DNA of 63,765 nucleotides, the filler included, from Chrysochromulina tobinii (Eukaryota), in NCBI GenBank assembly GCA_001275005.1. It is 8 parts of 8 records of this genome, joined end to end, with 100 filler letters (N's around TTAATTAATTAA, not from the genome) between each part and the next. Parts side by side here need not be neighbours in the genome. Positions count along the whole stretch, not along the records: positions 8,959 to 14,460 come from JWZX01000687.1; positions 14,561 to 19,529 come from JWZX01000688.1; positions 19,630 to 25,202 come from JWZX01000689.1; 5 more parts are not named here. One strand, given 5' to 3'. Both the position numbers and the translations under genes were made by a program. The notes below the pieces were generated by a model. It ran no database searches. It worked only from the letters and a program-made list of their open reading frames with translations, and was not told the origin of the DNA. Below, piece after piece: positions 12,701 through 23,240 of the stretch (the stretch's first letter is position 1; each line of letters starts with the position of its first letter).

Positions 12701-14094
12701 ACCACGTGGACGATCTGCCGCCGGGCAGCTCGATGCTTGTCGGGAAGGTGCCGTGGCCCGCGATGAGCAGCACTCGGCTGGGACTGTGATGGTTCCCAAG
12801 CAGCACGTCGAGGTCGCCGTCGCCGTCCACGTCCGCCGCCGCGATCGAGCTCGTGTACGCGCTGCCGACGGGAAGCTCGATGCTCGTCGGGAACGTCCCG
12901 CCGCCCGCGTTGAGCAGCACTCGGCTGGGGCTGCCATAGTTCCCAAGCAGCACGTCGAGGTCGCCATCGCCGTCCACGTCCGCTGCCGCGATCGAGAACG
13001 TGGACGCGACGCCGCCGGGAAGCTCGATGCTCGTCGAGAAGGTCCCGTCGCCCGCATTGATCAGCAATATGGGAATATGATAGTTCCCAAGCAGCACGTC
13101 GAGGTCGCCATCGCCGTCCACGTCCGCCGCCGCGATCGAGAACGTGGACTGGATGCCGCAGGGCAGCTCGAAGCTCGTAGGGAACGTACCGTCGCCCGCG
13201 TTGAGCAGCACTCGGTTGGGACTACCAGAGTTCCCAAGCATTACGTCGAGGTCGCCATCGCCGTCCACGTCCGCCGCCGCGATCGACCACGTGTACGCGC
13301 TGCCGCCGGGCAACTCGATGCTCGTCGGGAAGGTGCCGCCGCCCGCGTTGAGCAGCAATCGGCTGGGACTGTCATAGTTCCCAAGCAGCACGTCGAGGTC
13401 GCCATCGCCGTCCACGTCCGCTGCCGCGATCGAACTCGTGTACGCGCCGCCGCCGGGCAACTCGATGCTCGTCGGGAAGGTGCCGCCGCCCTCGTTGAGC
13501 AGCACTCGGCTGGGACTACCATAGTTCCCAAGCAGCACGTCGAGGTCGCCATCGCCGTCCACGTCCGCCGCCGCGATCGAGTTCGTGGACGCGACACCGC
13601 CGGGCAGCTCGATGCTTGTCGGGAAGGTGACCGTTACCCGCGTTGAGCAGCAATCGGCTGGGACTGCCGTCGTTCCCAAGCAGCACGTCGAGGTCGCCAT
13701 CGCCGTCCACGTCCGCCGCCGCGATCGAGTTCGTGGACGTGTTGCCTCCGGGCAGCAGCACTTGGCTCCTACCCGCAAACTGCAGCACTGCTTCGTCACT
13801 GCCCAGCAGCTCATTCCCCATCCTCGCTAATGGCTTGGGGTAGCGCAGGCACCCCGGCTCGGAGGACAACGTGCACGCCGGCGGCAAGAGCGCAGCTCGA
13901 ACTCCTGGTGGAGGCTTGGCACGGGCCGGCCTGGGCAGCATCACAACGCAGCCAACCCGCCCTCGTGCCGAGCAGTTGGGTGGTGCAAACGCCGTCGGCT
14001 GACCGCCCGGCTGGAGCTCCTGCGCATAGTCCCGTGGAGGAGGATAGCGCCTGCGGCCTTCGCGTTCGACGTGCCAGCCTGGGAGCAGCGCCAT
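9765..14094 (-). CDS. Receptor-like TKL kinase: 14 FG-GAP/VCBS repeats, Cys-rich (ephrin-receptor-like) repeats, TM helix, kinase domain; one frameshift at ~13630
   Basis: Repeats SIAAADVDGDGDLDVLLGN, CxxCxxG repeats, hydrophobic VVALIVALLEVASIVALLVALLV followed by RFTRRWRK. Kinase motifs GQGGFA, LAIK, HSDVKTDN, DFG, GTLRYLAPE, DVYAF. An extra base at 13630 relative to sister repeats joins ORF 13516..14115 to ORF 9765..13814. Confidence 0.88.
11745..13750 (-). repeat. Coding tandem array of 14 near-identical ~132-bp FG-GAP units
   Basis: The + strand motif cagcacgtcgaggtcgccatcgccgtccacgtccgc recurs at ~132-bp spacing. Confidence 0.93.
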
Positions 14095-14144
14095 TTTTAT
14101 TGCCGTAACGATCACGCTCGTGGTGGCTCACTAACTCTGTCAAG

Positions 14145-14230
14145 TTAAAGGAAGAGTCCGATTTCCGAAACGAACGCGACGTCATTCCTGCAGGGATTCG
14201 GACCGGTCCGAATCCGCAGAATTTTTTTGT
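14145..14230. repeat. Dispersed short element with hairpin (copy 1)
   Basis: 20-bp core tttccgaaacgaacgcgacg (14162-14181) is identical to 45696-45715. A 22-bp palindrome sits at 14194-14215. Confidence 0.7.
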
Positions 14231-14460
14231 GTGTTTTTTTGGAAAGGTGGTGCCCTGCAACGAGACGCCGAGGTCAAGAGTTTTTAGAGTTTTAGAGTTT
14301 TTTGAGTTTTTTCGTGTGTTTTCCATGGGAGTTGGTTTCGGGCAGGGGAGTGTTCCTTTAAGTGAAGGCGCCGTGCTCCCAGCACGGACTTGGGTTAGAC
14401 CGAATACGGTAACAGAACTTATACCGGTACGGTACGCGGTCGTCTCCAAGGCGCTTGATT

Positions 14461-14560
14461 NNNNNNNNNNNNNNNNNNNNNNNNNNNNNNNNNNNNNNNN
14501 NNNNTTAATTAATTAANNNNNNNNNNNNNNNNNNNNNNNNNNNNNNNNNNNNNNNNNNNN
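14461..14560. other. Artificial contig linker
   Basis: N-TTAATTAATTAA-N. Confidence 0.98.
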
Positions 14561-14561
14561 C

Positions 14562-17500
14562 CTGCAGACCTGCCACGAGTCTGGTGAATTCAAGCAGCTC
14601 ATCCAACCAGAACTTCGCCCGACGCCAAAGGGTCGACCAGTAAGTTTGAAGCCAACAGCAGAAGATCAACGGCGCGCCAAAGGCATTTTAGAAGACAAAC
14701 AATCGGCACAACGAGCTCAAACGGAATTTGCAAAAGTAGCGACAGGAGCCAAGTCTTTCAATCCTGGCGGTAAGGGGATTGGGAAGAAATGCAGCTTTTG
14801 CAAAGACCCAGGTCACAGGCGTCCAAATTGCCCCAAAGCCAAGTCACTGCTCGGACAGCAAGTTTCCCAGGCTACAGTATCATACAACGACGCACATGGA
14901 GAAGATGAGCGCCTGGAAGACGAAATTGATGAAGAGGCAGACAACGAGGTCCAAATTGACCAGGAGGACACGCGAGGACAAGAAGAGGATGGTGCTCATG
15001 ACGGCCTCCATGACTTGCGAGCTCACATGGAACTCGATCACGTCGAACAGAGTGACTTCGGTGTTGATTCAAAGCACAAGTCACGAGACATTCAACACGC
15101 AGCGTCGACATATACGGTTTCTACTGAACGTGCTTCTCACAGCGTTCTCCATGACCCTACAGAAGCTGTGGCAGCGCCAACAGTGACGGCTACACCGGTC
15201 GCCCAGGCCAACGATGGTGGCAGCGACAAGGGTAAAGATGACTTACAGTTAGCCAGTGGCGACGGGGGTATCTTCGGTGGCGACGAGGACGAGGATCCAG
15301 CGCACACCGACTTAGGGCAACCGTCTGCTCAGGCGCCCGCACCGGCGGCTCCATCCCCTAGCCCCGCCAATCCAGGTGACGAGGCAACGTTGCCTAAAGG
15401 ATGGAAGTCGACGATGGCGCCTGATGGCCGGGTGTACTACTTCCACGCTGTCACCAAGATGACTTCGTGGACGCGTCCCGTGGTGAAGTCCTCGCCTCAC
15501 GCCCCCGCCCTTGCCATGATGTCTTCTGCACCGTCCTTTGCCGATGTTGGCTTCGGCGGCGGCGGCGGTTTCGATGCCAGCTACGGGCAGGCGCCCGCTC
15601 CGGCGCCAGCTCTGGCGCCTTCCTTCGCGGCGGGCAGCTTCGGTGGCGGTGGGGTCTTCAGTGGCGGCTTGGACGCAGGCTTCGGGCACGCGCCCGCACC
15701 AGCACCTGCTCCAGCGGGTGGTTTCGGCGCAGGAGGCTTCGACGGTGGTGTCGACTTCGAGGGTAATGGCGGCGACGGCATGGGTGGCGGCATGCCAGGT
15801 CAGATGGGCGGCGGTATGGGCTGCTATGGTGCAGATGCAGCCCCTGACGCTATCTCGATCTTCGGTGGTGGCATGGGCGGAGGCATGGGCGGCGGCATGC
15901 CAGGTGAGATGGTCTGCGGTTTGGGTGGCTTCGTACTTGGCAATGATGCCCCGCCTGACAAGGAACCGCCTGCAATTCCTCGTTCAGTCTCGAGCATCAG
16001 CGGTGTTGGCTTCGGTGGCGGCGTCGACACTAGCTTCGGGCAGGCGACAGCACCAGCACCGCCTTCTACAGCACCAGCACCGGCTTCGTCAGTTGATGCC
16101 AAAAGATGTGCTGAACTGGCGGTTGCTTTGGAAATAGAGAAGCAGCGTGATCACAGCAAGCTCAAGGGATGGTCACGAGATGAAATCCGAGGCGCAAAAT
16201 TTCTCCTGGAGGAACAGAGCTTTACGATATGCAATGTGAAGGGCGACGGCGCGTGTTTCTTTCGATGCTTAGCTGTCGCGTTGGACAACAACGAAGGGGA
16301 GCACAAGACGTACAGACAAGCTGTGACGCAGCACTTGATCTCTGTCATCGACGCAGTGGGTGAGTCGGAAACCGAGCAAGGGGCACATCCTCTTTATCAA
16401 ATGATGTCGACGTCTCTGCCAGTCGAAGGTGATCTTAGCACGCGTGAGGTCATTGATCAATACGTGACGTACTTATCTTTGAATGATGAGCAAGTGGACC
16501 ATTTGGGCATCCAACTATCTTCCAGGGTTCTTGAGATTGACATTCATGTTCACCAAGTAGACGGTCAAATCTATGTCCATCGAAGTTCCGACGCAGTACT
16601 TCCGAATAATCTCGAGTTACACGTCTTCTACGATGGAAGCCACTATCAGTATTTGCGACGCTCCGAGCTAGGACTGAGACCCAAACGCCCAGAGCGCTCT
16701 TTTTTCGGGTCGGACCTGAGATGTAATAAGATTCAGCAACAGTTCGACAATGCCCTTCGAAGGTGGAGCGTTGCCATTGACATGTTTGACAAGGCCTTCT
16801 ACTCTTTGCAGTCTTGGGAACGATCTCGAAGCGTGCGTGTGAGCACAAGATCTACTCCCAGCAGTAACATTCCAATTGTTCAACTACGTCTGCCAACTGA
16901 GCCTCCCGTGACGCGTTCGGGAACTGGGATTCATGATGAACTCGGCAGCAGAGCAGCGCAAGCTTCCCAGTCCACTGCTGAGTCCTCTGCATTACAGGCG
17001 TTGTTACAAGCACCACCGAAGCCTACGTGGGACATGACTCTCTCATGCTCTTCGTCGCAAGCCCAACCTAAGAGTGGGAACCACGTGAAGATCTACAAAC
17101 CCAGGCAAGCAGGGGAGCGTTTGAGCTCCATCTATCGGAAGCCATACGAATACTATTTACGTCAGACGGTAGACGGAACGGAAAAGGTGTGCTTGCAATG
17201 GTCAGGCGCGCAAGAGCTACACGGAGATACCCCTCTTGAGCTGTTGCAAGCTCTGAGTGAGGAGGATGCGTTCGCTAAACGTTCGTCACTGACGAACTTT
17301 TGGCATCTATTGGGACGGCCGCTTGAGAAGCATCACTTTTACTTTGTGCGTAAGTGCCAAGATGAGTGCGACGGAGTTGTACTGCTGCGGAGCCTGATGC
17401 GTCAACGTCAGCAACAAGGACGAGGAGCTCCGCGTCTCACGCTAGAAGTGGCGCACGTTTGTGCGAGCGGACCACGAGGAAGTGGTGCTCTCCTAATCTC

Positions 17501-18488
17501 GGCGTTGTGCACGGTGCTATTGGAGTTGGAGCCGAACACCGTTCTACGAGTGAACCTACCGGGTCACATGGCGGCATCGAAAGGTTTTTGGTCCAAGCTA
17601 GGATTCAACGAGGATGGTGGCTGTTCAACGACAATGAGAATGCATCTCAAGGACCAGGCATGGGTTGCTTACATGAAGTCTGCTTTTCCAGAGCAGCTGG
17701 CCGTCGACGACATGGTGGTCCCATCCACAGATATCGTTCCCAGTCTACTCGAAGGAATCTGGTCAGCAGAGCACATGAAGACCTGGCAAGAAAAGGATCC
17801 TGAGTACCGGATGTTATTGGCAGACCCGAACGCCGGTGCCACGACGGTGTCTTCCTCACGAGCGGATAATATCAAGGAATCTGTGTCATTGATCTCGAAG
17901 TTGGATTACCTCGGAGAGCGCGTAACTGTCAAGGGGAATGGAAGCTTCTGGTTATACGCTGTCCTTGCGGGTGTGGGCCTCATGGAACACGCGAGGAAGT
18001 GCAAGATTACTTCAAAATCCCAAGGCGAGCATTCCCCAACTGCCCGAGACTTCAAAGTATCAGCTATGGTGATTCAAAAGATGAAACACTATGCGACAAC
18101 AACGAAGTGGGACATGACGGTGATGGCCAAGGATGTGCTCATTCAAGAAATCACAAGCCTTGAAGCCGCCTCCGCATCACGGAGTGGTACCTGGGGGGGC
18201 GGAGTGGACACCTATGGTGTGCTGTCGAACATGCTTGGAATTCAAATCGTCTGGCTGAATTTGACCACACCGAAGAGCTTCATCTTGTTCCCTGGGGGTT
18301 TGAAAGGGAACCAGAAGAGAGTATCCATGAATGCCCTGAAGACGACTATTGATGGTTTGGTTGCGGCAAACCTCAAGTTCGCTGTCGTGGAATATGATGG
18401 GAATGGACACTTTGCAGGATACTTGCAACGACGCCCCATGCGTTTGAGCCTCGACGTTATGAACTTCCTCGGGTTGTTCAATTCCTGA
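14562..18488 (+). CDS. 5'-truncated multidomain, probably transposon-encoded protein: Mutator-like C-terminal KGRP motif and CCHC zinc knuckle, WW domain, Gly-rich repeats, OTU, GNAT-like domain, second degenerate OTU
   Basis: Frame is open from the contig edge: IQPELRPTPKGRP...KKCSFCKDPGHRRPNC. WW LPKGWKSTMAPDGRVYYFHAVTKMTSWTRP. OTU VKGDGACFFRC...YDGSHY. GNAT LEVAHVCASGPRGSGALL...ASKGFWSKLGF. OTU2 VKGNGSFWLYA...WGG...YDGNGHF. Confidence 0.75.
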   Translation: MQTCHESGEFKQLIQPELRPTPKGRPVSLKPTAEDQRRAKGILEDKQSAQRAQTEFAKVATGAKSFNPGGKGIGKKCSFCKDPGHRRPNCPKAKSLLGQQVSQATVSYNDAHGEDERLEDEIDEEADNEVQIDQEDTRGQEEDGAHDGLHDLRAHMELDHVEQSDFGVDSKHKSRDIQHAASTYTVSTERASHSVLHDPTEAVAAPTVTATPVAQANDGGSDKGKDDLQLASGDGGIFGGDEDEDPAHTDLGQPSAQAPAPAAPSPSPANPGDEATLPKGWKSTMAPDGRVYYFHAVTKMTSWTRPVVKSSPHAPALAMMSSAPSFADVGFGGGGGFDASYGQAPAPAPALAPSFAAGSFGGGGVFSGGLDAGFGHAPAPAPAPAGGFGAGGFDGGVDFEGNGGDGMGGGMPGQMGGGMGCYGADAAPDAISIFGGGMGGGMGGGMPGEMVCGLGGFVLGNDAPPDKEPPAIPRSVSSISGVGFGGGVDTSFGQATAPAPPSTAPAPASSVDAKRCAELAVALEIEKQRDHSKLKGWSRDEIRGAKFLLEEQSFTICNVKGDGACFFRCLAVALDNNEGEHKTYRQAVTQHLISVIDAVGESETEQGAHPLYQMMSTSLPVEGDLSTREVIDQYVTYLSLNDEQVDHLGIQLSSRVLEIDIHVHQVDGQIYVHRSSDAVLPNNLELHVFYDGSHYQYLRRSELGLRPKRPERSFFGSDLRCNKIQQQFDNALRRWSVAIDMFDKAFYSLQSWERSRSVRVSTRSTPSSNIPIVQLRLPTEPPVTRSGTGIHDELGSRAAQASQSTAESSALQALLQAPPKPTWDMTLSCSSSQAQPKSGNHVKIYKPRQAGERLSSIYRKPYEYYLRQTVDGTEKVCLQWSGAQELHGDTPLELLQALSEEDAFAKRSSLTNFWHLLGRPLEKHHFYFVRKCQDECDGVVLLRSLMRQRQQQGRGAPRLTLEVAHVCASGPRGSGALLISALCTVLLELEPNTVLRVNLPGHMAASKGFWSKLGFNEDGGCSTTMRMHLKDQAWVAYMKSAFPEQLAVDDMVVPSTDIVPSLLEGIWSAEHMKTWQEKDPEYRMLLADPNAGATTVSSSRADNIKESVSLISKLDYLGERVTVKGNGSFWLYAVLAGVGLMEHARKCKITSKSQGEHSPTARDFKVSAMVIQKMKHYATTTKWDMTVMAKDVLIQEITSLEAASASRSGTWGGGVDTYGVLSNMLGIQIVWLNLTTPKSFILFPGGLKGNQKRVSMNALKTTIDGLVAANLKFAVVEYDGNGHFAGYLQRRPMRLSLDVMNFLGLFNS

Positions 18489-18527
18489 CTATCGGCCCCA
18501 TCACGTGGTGCTGATTGCTCTGTAACT

Positions 18528-19529
18528 GTGAGCGTCAAGGATCACGTGATCAGTAGTGAGGGCGTTCAGCTACATGCAAGCGGCAGTTTGCAATTGGATG
18601 GTCAAGTGATTGAGTGGCTGAGTCATCATCCGCATCCTGGTCACGCGTCGGCAGGTTCGATTGGGAACCCGATTCTGAGGCACACGCAAAGCGAACTCGT
18701 TTTAGACGAGCTGAGTTTACCTGTGCTGAGTGACGACATGATGCATGGCGTAAATGTAACTTCAAAAGAAGGTGTGACTGTGGCACGAGTGGCATGGATG
18801 CTACCCACCACAGTTGACAAGTTGAGCAACCTTCCTGAAGGGTCGACTCGGAAGTTAGTGGAGGAGCTGCGTGCGTGGGCGATGGAGCAAGAGGGGGATA
18901 GGAATACTACCACAATCCAGCCAGCCGCTGGCCAATACATTAGTCTTGGACACGGGATACTGCCCGGAAGACGACGTGAGTCCATAATGCTGGACGGCGC
19001 TTCTACAAACATCCCATTTACACGAGCTCCGGCTGGAAGAAGCGATGGCGTCGAACCTACTCTGAGATCATTGAATGGACATGTTGCGAAGTGCATGGTG
19101 TCGGTATTCCCGGACATGAAGTCCTGGTGTGTTACCGACGGAGCGAAGAGCGACCAAGAGTTGTGGACGCAGGTATGCCAATACCCGTCTGCACCACCGG
19201 GCGGGTTCACGTTTCCCTCACAGCAGGTGGTGGTGAGGGGACACTGTTCGGATGACCTCCCGGAGGCTTCATCGGCCGATCTACACATTGATAAAATGGA
19301 CGGTGGCGGACTCTATGGCGGCACCATAATGTTCCTCGGTGGGCACGAGTCTCACCCCGGTCAATGGCGCAATTTTGCAATTTTCGAAGGGGCCAAGGGA
19401 GGGCGCGGTGTTTCGATTCCCGTGATGCACAGTGACTGTATCTGCGTGCTAAGTTGCCAGTATCAGAGGCATTTGCACGGCACGGTCCTACTGGAACAGC
19501 TCGAAGGTGACGCGCTGACCAAGGCGGCT
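18528..19529 (+). CDS. 2OG-Fe(II) dioxygenase, TET/JBP-like (3'-truncated by contig end; start uncertain)
   Basis: HxD motif LHIDKMD (19284-19292), then hydrophobic strands (GTIMFLG, NFAIF, VSIPV, CICVL) and a distal His in RHLHGT (19476). Confidence 0.55.
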
Positions 19530-19629
19530 NNNNNNNNNNNNNNNNNNNNNNNNNNNNNNNNNNNNNNNNNNNNTTAATTAATTAANNNNNNNNNNNNNNN
19601 NNNNNNNNNNNNNNNNNNNNNNNNNNNNN
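19530..19629. other. Artificial contig linker
   Basis: N-TTAATTAATTAA-N. Confidence 0.98.
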
Positions 19630-22600
19630 GGGCAGCCCGTGCCCTTGAGCGCCGCGTCCGAGTGGATGCGGTGCATCACTTGGCCGGTCGGTGGGCGGCT
19701 GTGGAAGACCGAGCCCAACATCGAGGAGCCCGTCCGTGACTCGAGAGCCCCAGTCCAGGCGACGAAGGCACGCGATGAGCGGCGCGTCAGAGGAACCCGA
19801 AGTCCGTCATCGAGTTCGGCACCCCCCCGGCGCTCGACGAGCCGATCGCCTTGTGCGGCCATTGCGCGGACCGCCAGGGCGCCCTGCTCAAGAAGCGCCT
19901 GCTGGTGCAGGAGGGGGTGGTCGGATGCGGCGGAGAGCAGTGGGCGCAGCCCAGCCAGCCACACGCGATGGCCGAGGATGTGCGTGCAATTCCCGTCCGC
20001 ACGCGGCGCCGTGTCGAGACCATCAGAGGTTGGGCGAGCTGCGATGGCCGCTGTGGCTGGATGGTGCCAGATGGTGCCTTGCTCCGGATGATCTGCCGAC
20101 AGGTGCTCGAGGCCGTAGATGACGTGGGCGTCGGCCGCCGCCGCTATCGCCGTAAGGGCGAAGTGAGCAAGCGCCGTTTCATCGCGGACAGACCGAGCGA
20201 AGGCGCGCGGGATAGGCGTGATCCCACCCGGTTCCGCGGGCGAACGCAGCCGGGGGACATGGTGGGAAGAATAGGTGCGGGTAGGTGGCGCAGCGAACAC
20301 AAAGGCGTACGCTCGCGCCGCGATCTCGCCCAGCAGCCGATTCTGCACCTCTCGGCGACGTAGATCGAACGGATCCCCATTGGCAATGTCGTAGTTGACC
20401 ACCGTAAAGCCGTGCATCTCCCCGAGGGCAAGGAGGCCGAGCGGGCCATTCTGTGCGAGACCCCCAAAGAGGAAGAGGGCGCGTGCACGCCCACTGGGCG
20501 CGCGCATATCCCCTCCCGCCTCGCCCGCTGCGCGGATGCGATGCAGAGTGTCGATGCCGTCGTAGAAATTGTACATCAGCTGCTTGGGCAGTACCAGAGT
20601 GAAGACAAAGTGGTGCAGGAGCCCACCGAGCTCCCGCATCTCGCGGACAGTGAGTGTGCCGGCCTGAGCACCGCGAAGAGCCGTGAGTGCTTTGAGCACC
20701 TTGGCCGGCGAGAGGTAGGAGAGGAGCGCGGTAGCAAGGTACTGACCCCCAATCCACTCGCCTTGCACTCCGACGCATCGTTTGCACGGGTCGCTGCGTC
20801 GGAGGTTAGCGGCGGTACACTCGCGCCCCCAGTGCTCCGTCGCGTCGCAGAGGAGGACGGGTCCGATTGTGAAGATTCGCGGGTCATCGGTATAGCCGAA
20901 GGCGATCAGGAGATACCCCTGCACATGCGCGCCCACATCAAGTTCGGCGGCGACCTGTGCGCGAACGGCGAGCCACGCGGCGAAGGCGGGGCAGTCGGCT
21001 GCCCATTTGTCATATGTCGCGATGTGATCGCGGTGGAAATCGTCCTGAAACTTGTTGCAATATTCAGTGACATAGCCTTGGGCGTACCGCGACGAGGGCA
21101 CCGTGCCCATGCTCACACAACCCGCCTGGATAAGAGTAAGCGCGACATCGGGCGTATCGGCGAGAAGGCACGCGATGAGACGCGTGATGAGCTCTTGGGT
21201 GATCGCGGACGGGTCGAGCAGCATCAACTGCATGTAGATGCGCTGTCGGAAGCTCACCGCGAGTTGATGAAAGAATTTCGCAAAGTCGTCACCAAAGCTG
21301 AGCACGTCGAGTCCGAGCATCTCCGCCGGCGGTGTGAGTACGACGATCGCGAGAGTGAGCATAAAGAAGAAGGGCTTGAGCTCCGGCGGCAGGATAGGGG
21401 CACCAACGCCACTCCCTGGGGTCGGCCCAAATGGGCGGTACGGCGGGCGAGCGCTGATCGCCTGCACGCTGAATCGGGCAGGGTCGCGCCTCACGTCGCC
21501 CGTGGCAGCGAGCTCGCGCGCACGGAGCGCTCTATCGAGCTGGGAGCCGATGCTCGCGTTGAGAGAGAGAACAGGGGCCGCCTTCCCGAAGGTTGTCATG
21601 GCGCCAGCGGGGGGTGCCGTGTCGTTGTTGACCATGCGCCACGATGTCAGGTTGCTCTTCACGACGCACCCCACGCACGAGAATCTGCCTGGCGCAGTGA
21701 GCAGGTTGAGCCGACCCTGTGCCAAAGAGGCCGCCGAGCGTGCCGCAAACCATCCTGCGTCGATCATTTCGCGCAGCGTCTCATGTACCGAGGCGAAGCC
21801 GTCGGCAATCGAGGACATGGGCGGGATCATAACAAGCTGCCCGCCGAGTTGCGTGAAGAACTCGACCCCGTGGGTGGTGCAGGCGTCGCGCAGCGCGGCG
21901 TCCGGTGAGCCCCTGAGGAGGTTGGCGGCATAGGTTGGATCAAGGCTGAAATTGGGCGCGCGAGAGAGGTCCGCGAGCGCAATGCGCTCGCCGTCGTGGC
22001 AGAGCACATGGCCGGCGGCGATGAGCGCCGCTGCCCACGGGTAGCACGCCTTCTCATCGAGATTGCACGCGAACAGTTTCGGCTTTGGGCAGCCCTGGGC
22101 ACGTCCCGTCTTGGCTGCATGCAGTAGCCACCGCCATGTAGCTTGTTGGCATTCAAGAGCTGCTGCATAGGCATCTGGTAGCAGGACGGTGTCCCAGTCG
22201 AGTGCATCTAACGGGACGCAGCCCGAGGGCGGCGGGGGTGGCAGGGGCGGCAGCGGTGACGATGCAACCGAAGGCACGTATGGGAACGGGACACGATGCA
22301 GGCGAGTGTCGCTCGCCGAGTAGCACTGGCTACGCAGCGTTTCGTTGATGGCATTGAGCTGCAGTGGCTTACACACCGCCAGCCATCCGGCGCACTCAGC
22401 GCGGTCGACGGGGGAGCGTGCGGTGTCGGCAATGCGCCGTTCGAATTCGTGACGCAGCGCGCGCATGCTCGCCTGCGCCTTCTCCACGACCGTGTCCCAT
22501 GGGACTGGGTGAGCACGCGCCTCGACGAGCACTTGCTGGGGCTCGAGTGCCAGCTCGGGTTGAGCCCCCACACGTACGCCGTCAGGAAGAGCAGCCGTGG

Positions 22601-23240
22601 GCTGGCGGAAGGCACACGCTCGCGCAAGCGCAAGAGCGGCCACCCGAGCGACCGTCGCGTTGCCATGGAGAGCGGCGAGCGTCGCCCACGCGATATTGTT
22701 CGAGGATTGAGCCTGTGTCAAAGGAGTGCGTATCCATTCATCCATGGCGTCGCGCGCTGTCATCTCCCAGTCCATCGGCGGCGGGTCGGTGATGAGGGCG
22801 CCCGAAACAACTAAGCCCAGCGTCTCGATCTCAAAATAGTAGAAGGCGTGCACGTCCGTCCGGCCGGGGAAGAGCGCCGCCGCCCATCTCGCCGCGTCCG
22901 CGTAGTCAGTCTCACGCGAGATAAAGGATCGGCGCTTGCCAAAATAAGCCTCGCCACACTCGTCGAGCGGTAGACCAATCCGAGGTGCCGTGCCGTCAAA
23001 GATGAGGGGCACGAACACATGCGCCGATGCAGCCTTGGCCGAGGCAGTGAGCTGGACCGTTGGGACTTGGGTTTGGTCGAGCCCGGGCGGCTTGTCCGCC
23101 CACGACGCAGTTTTCGTCAAGGAACCCTGCAGTGCGATCGAAGACGGCTGTGCGCCCACCCCGAGCCTTGGCGTCTCTACCGGCGCTGTATCAAGCTTGC
23201 TGCCTTCATCCTTGACGGTCACCCTCGAGGGATCCCGCAC
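19630..23240 (-). CDS. Pol-like ORF: reverse transcriptase, inserted C5-DNA-methyltransferase-like domain, RNase H start
   Basis: RT motifs FGDDFAKFFHQL, SMGTVPSS, YTDD (20883-20894), EWIG, LSPAK...TVREMRELGGLL. MTase-like ALFLFGG...YDIANG..FDL...FVFAAPPTRTYS...YGLEH (~20040-20490). RNase H start IHSDAA. Confidence 0.8.

Noticed and set aside
11745..13750. CRISPR-like array
   Set aside because: The units are in-frame ~132-bp coding repeats with no unique spacers and no cas genes.
22860..23030. Possible Nudix-like motif at the pol N-terminus
   Set aside because: It lacks the RExxEE signature and is too weak to call.
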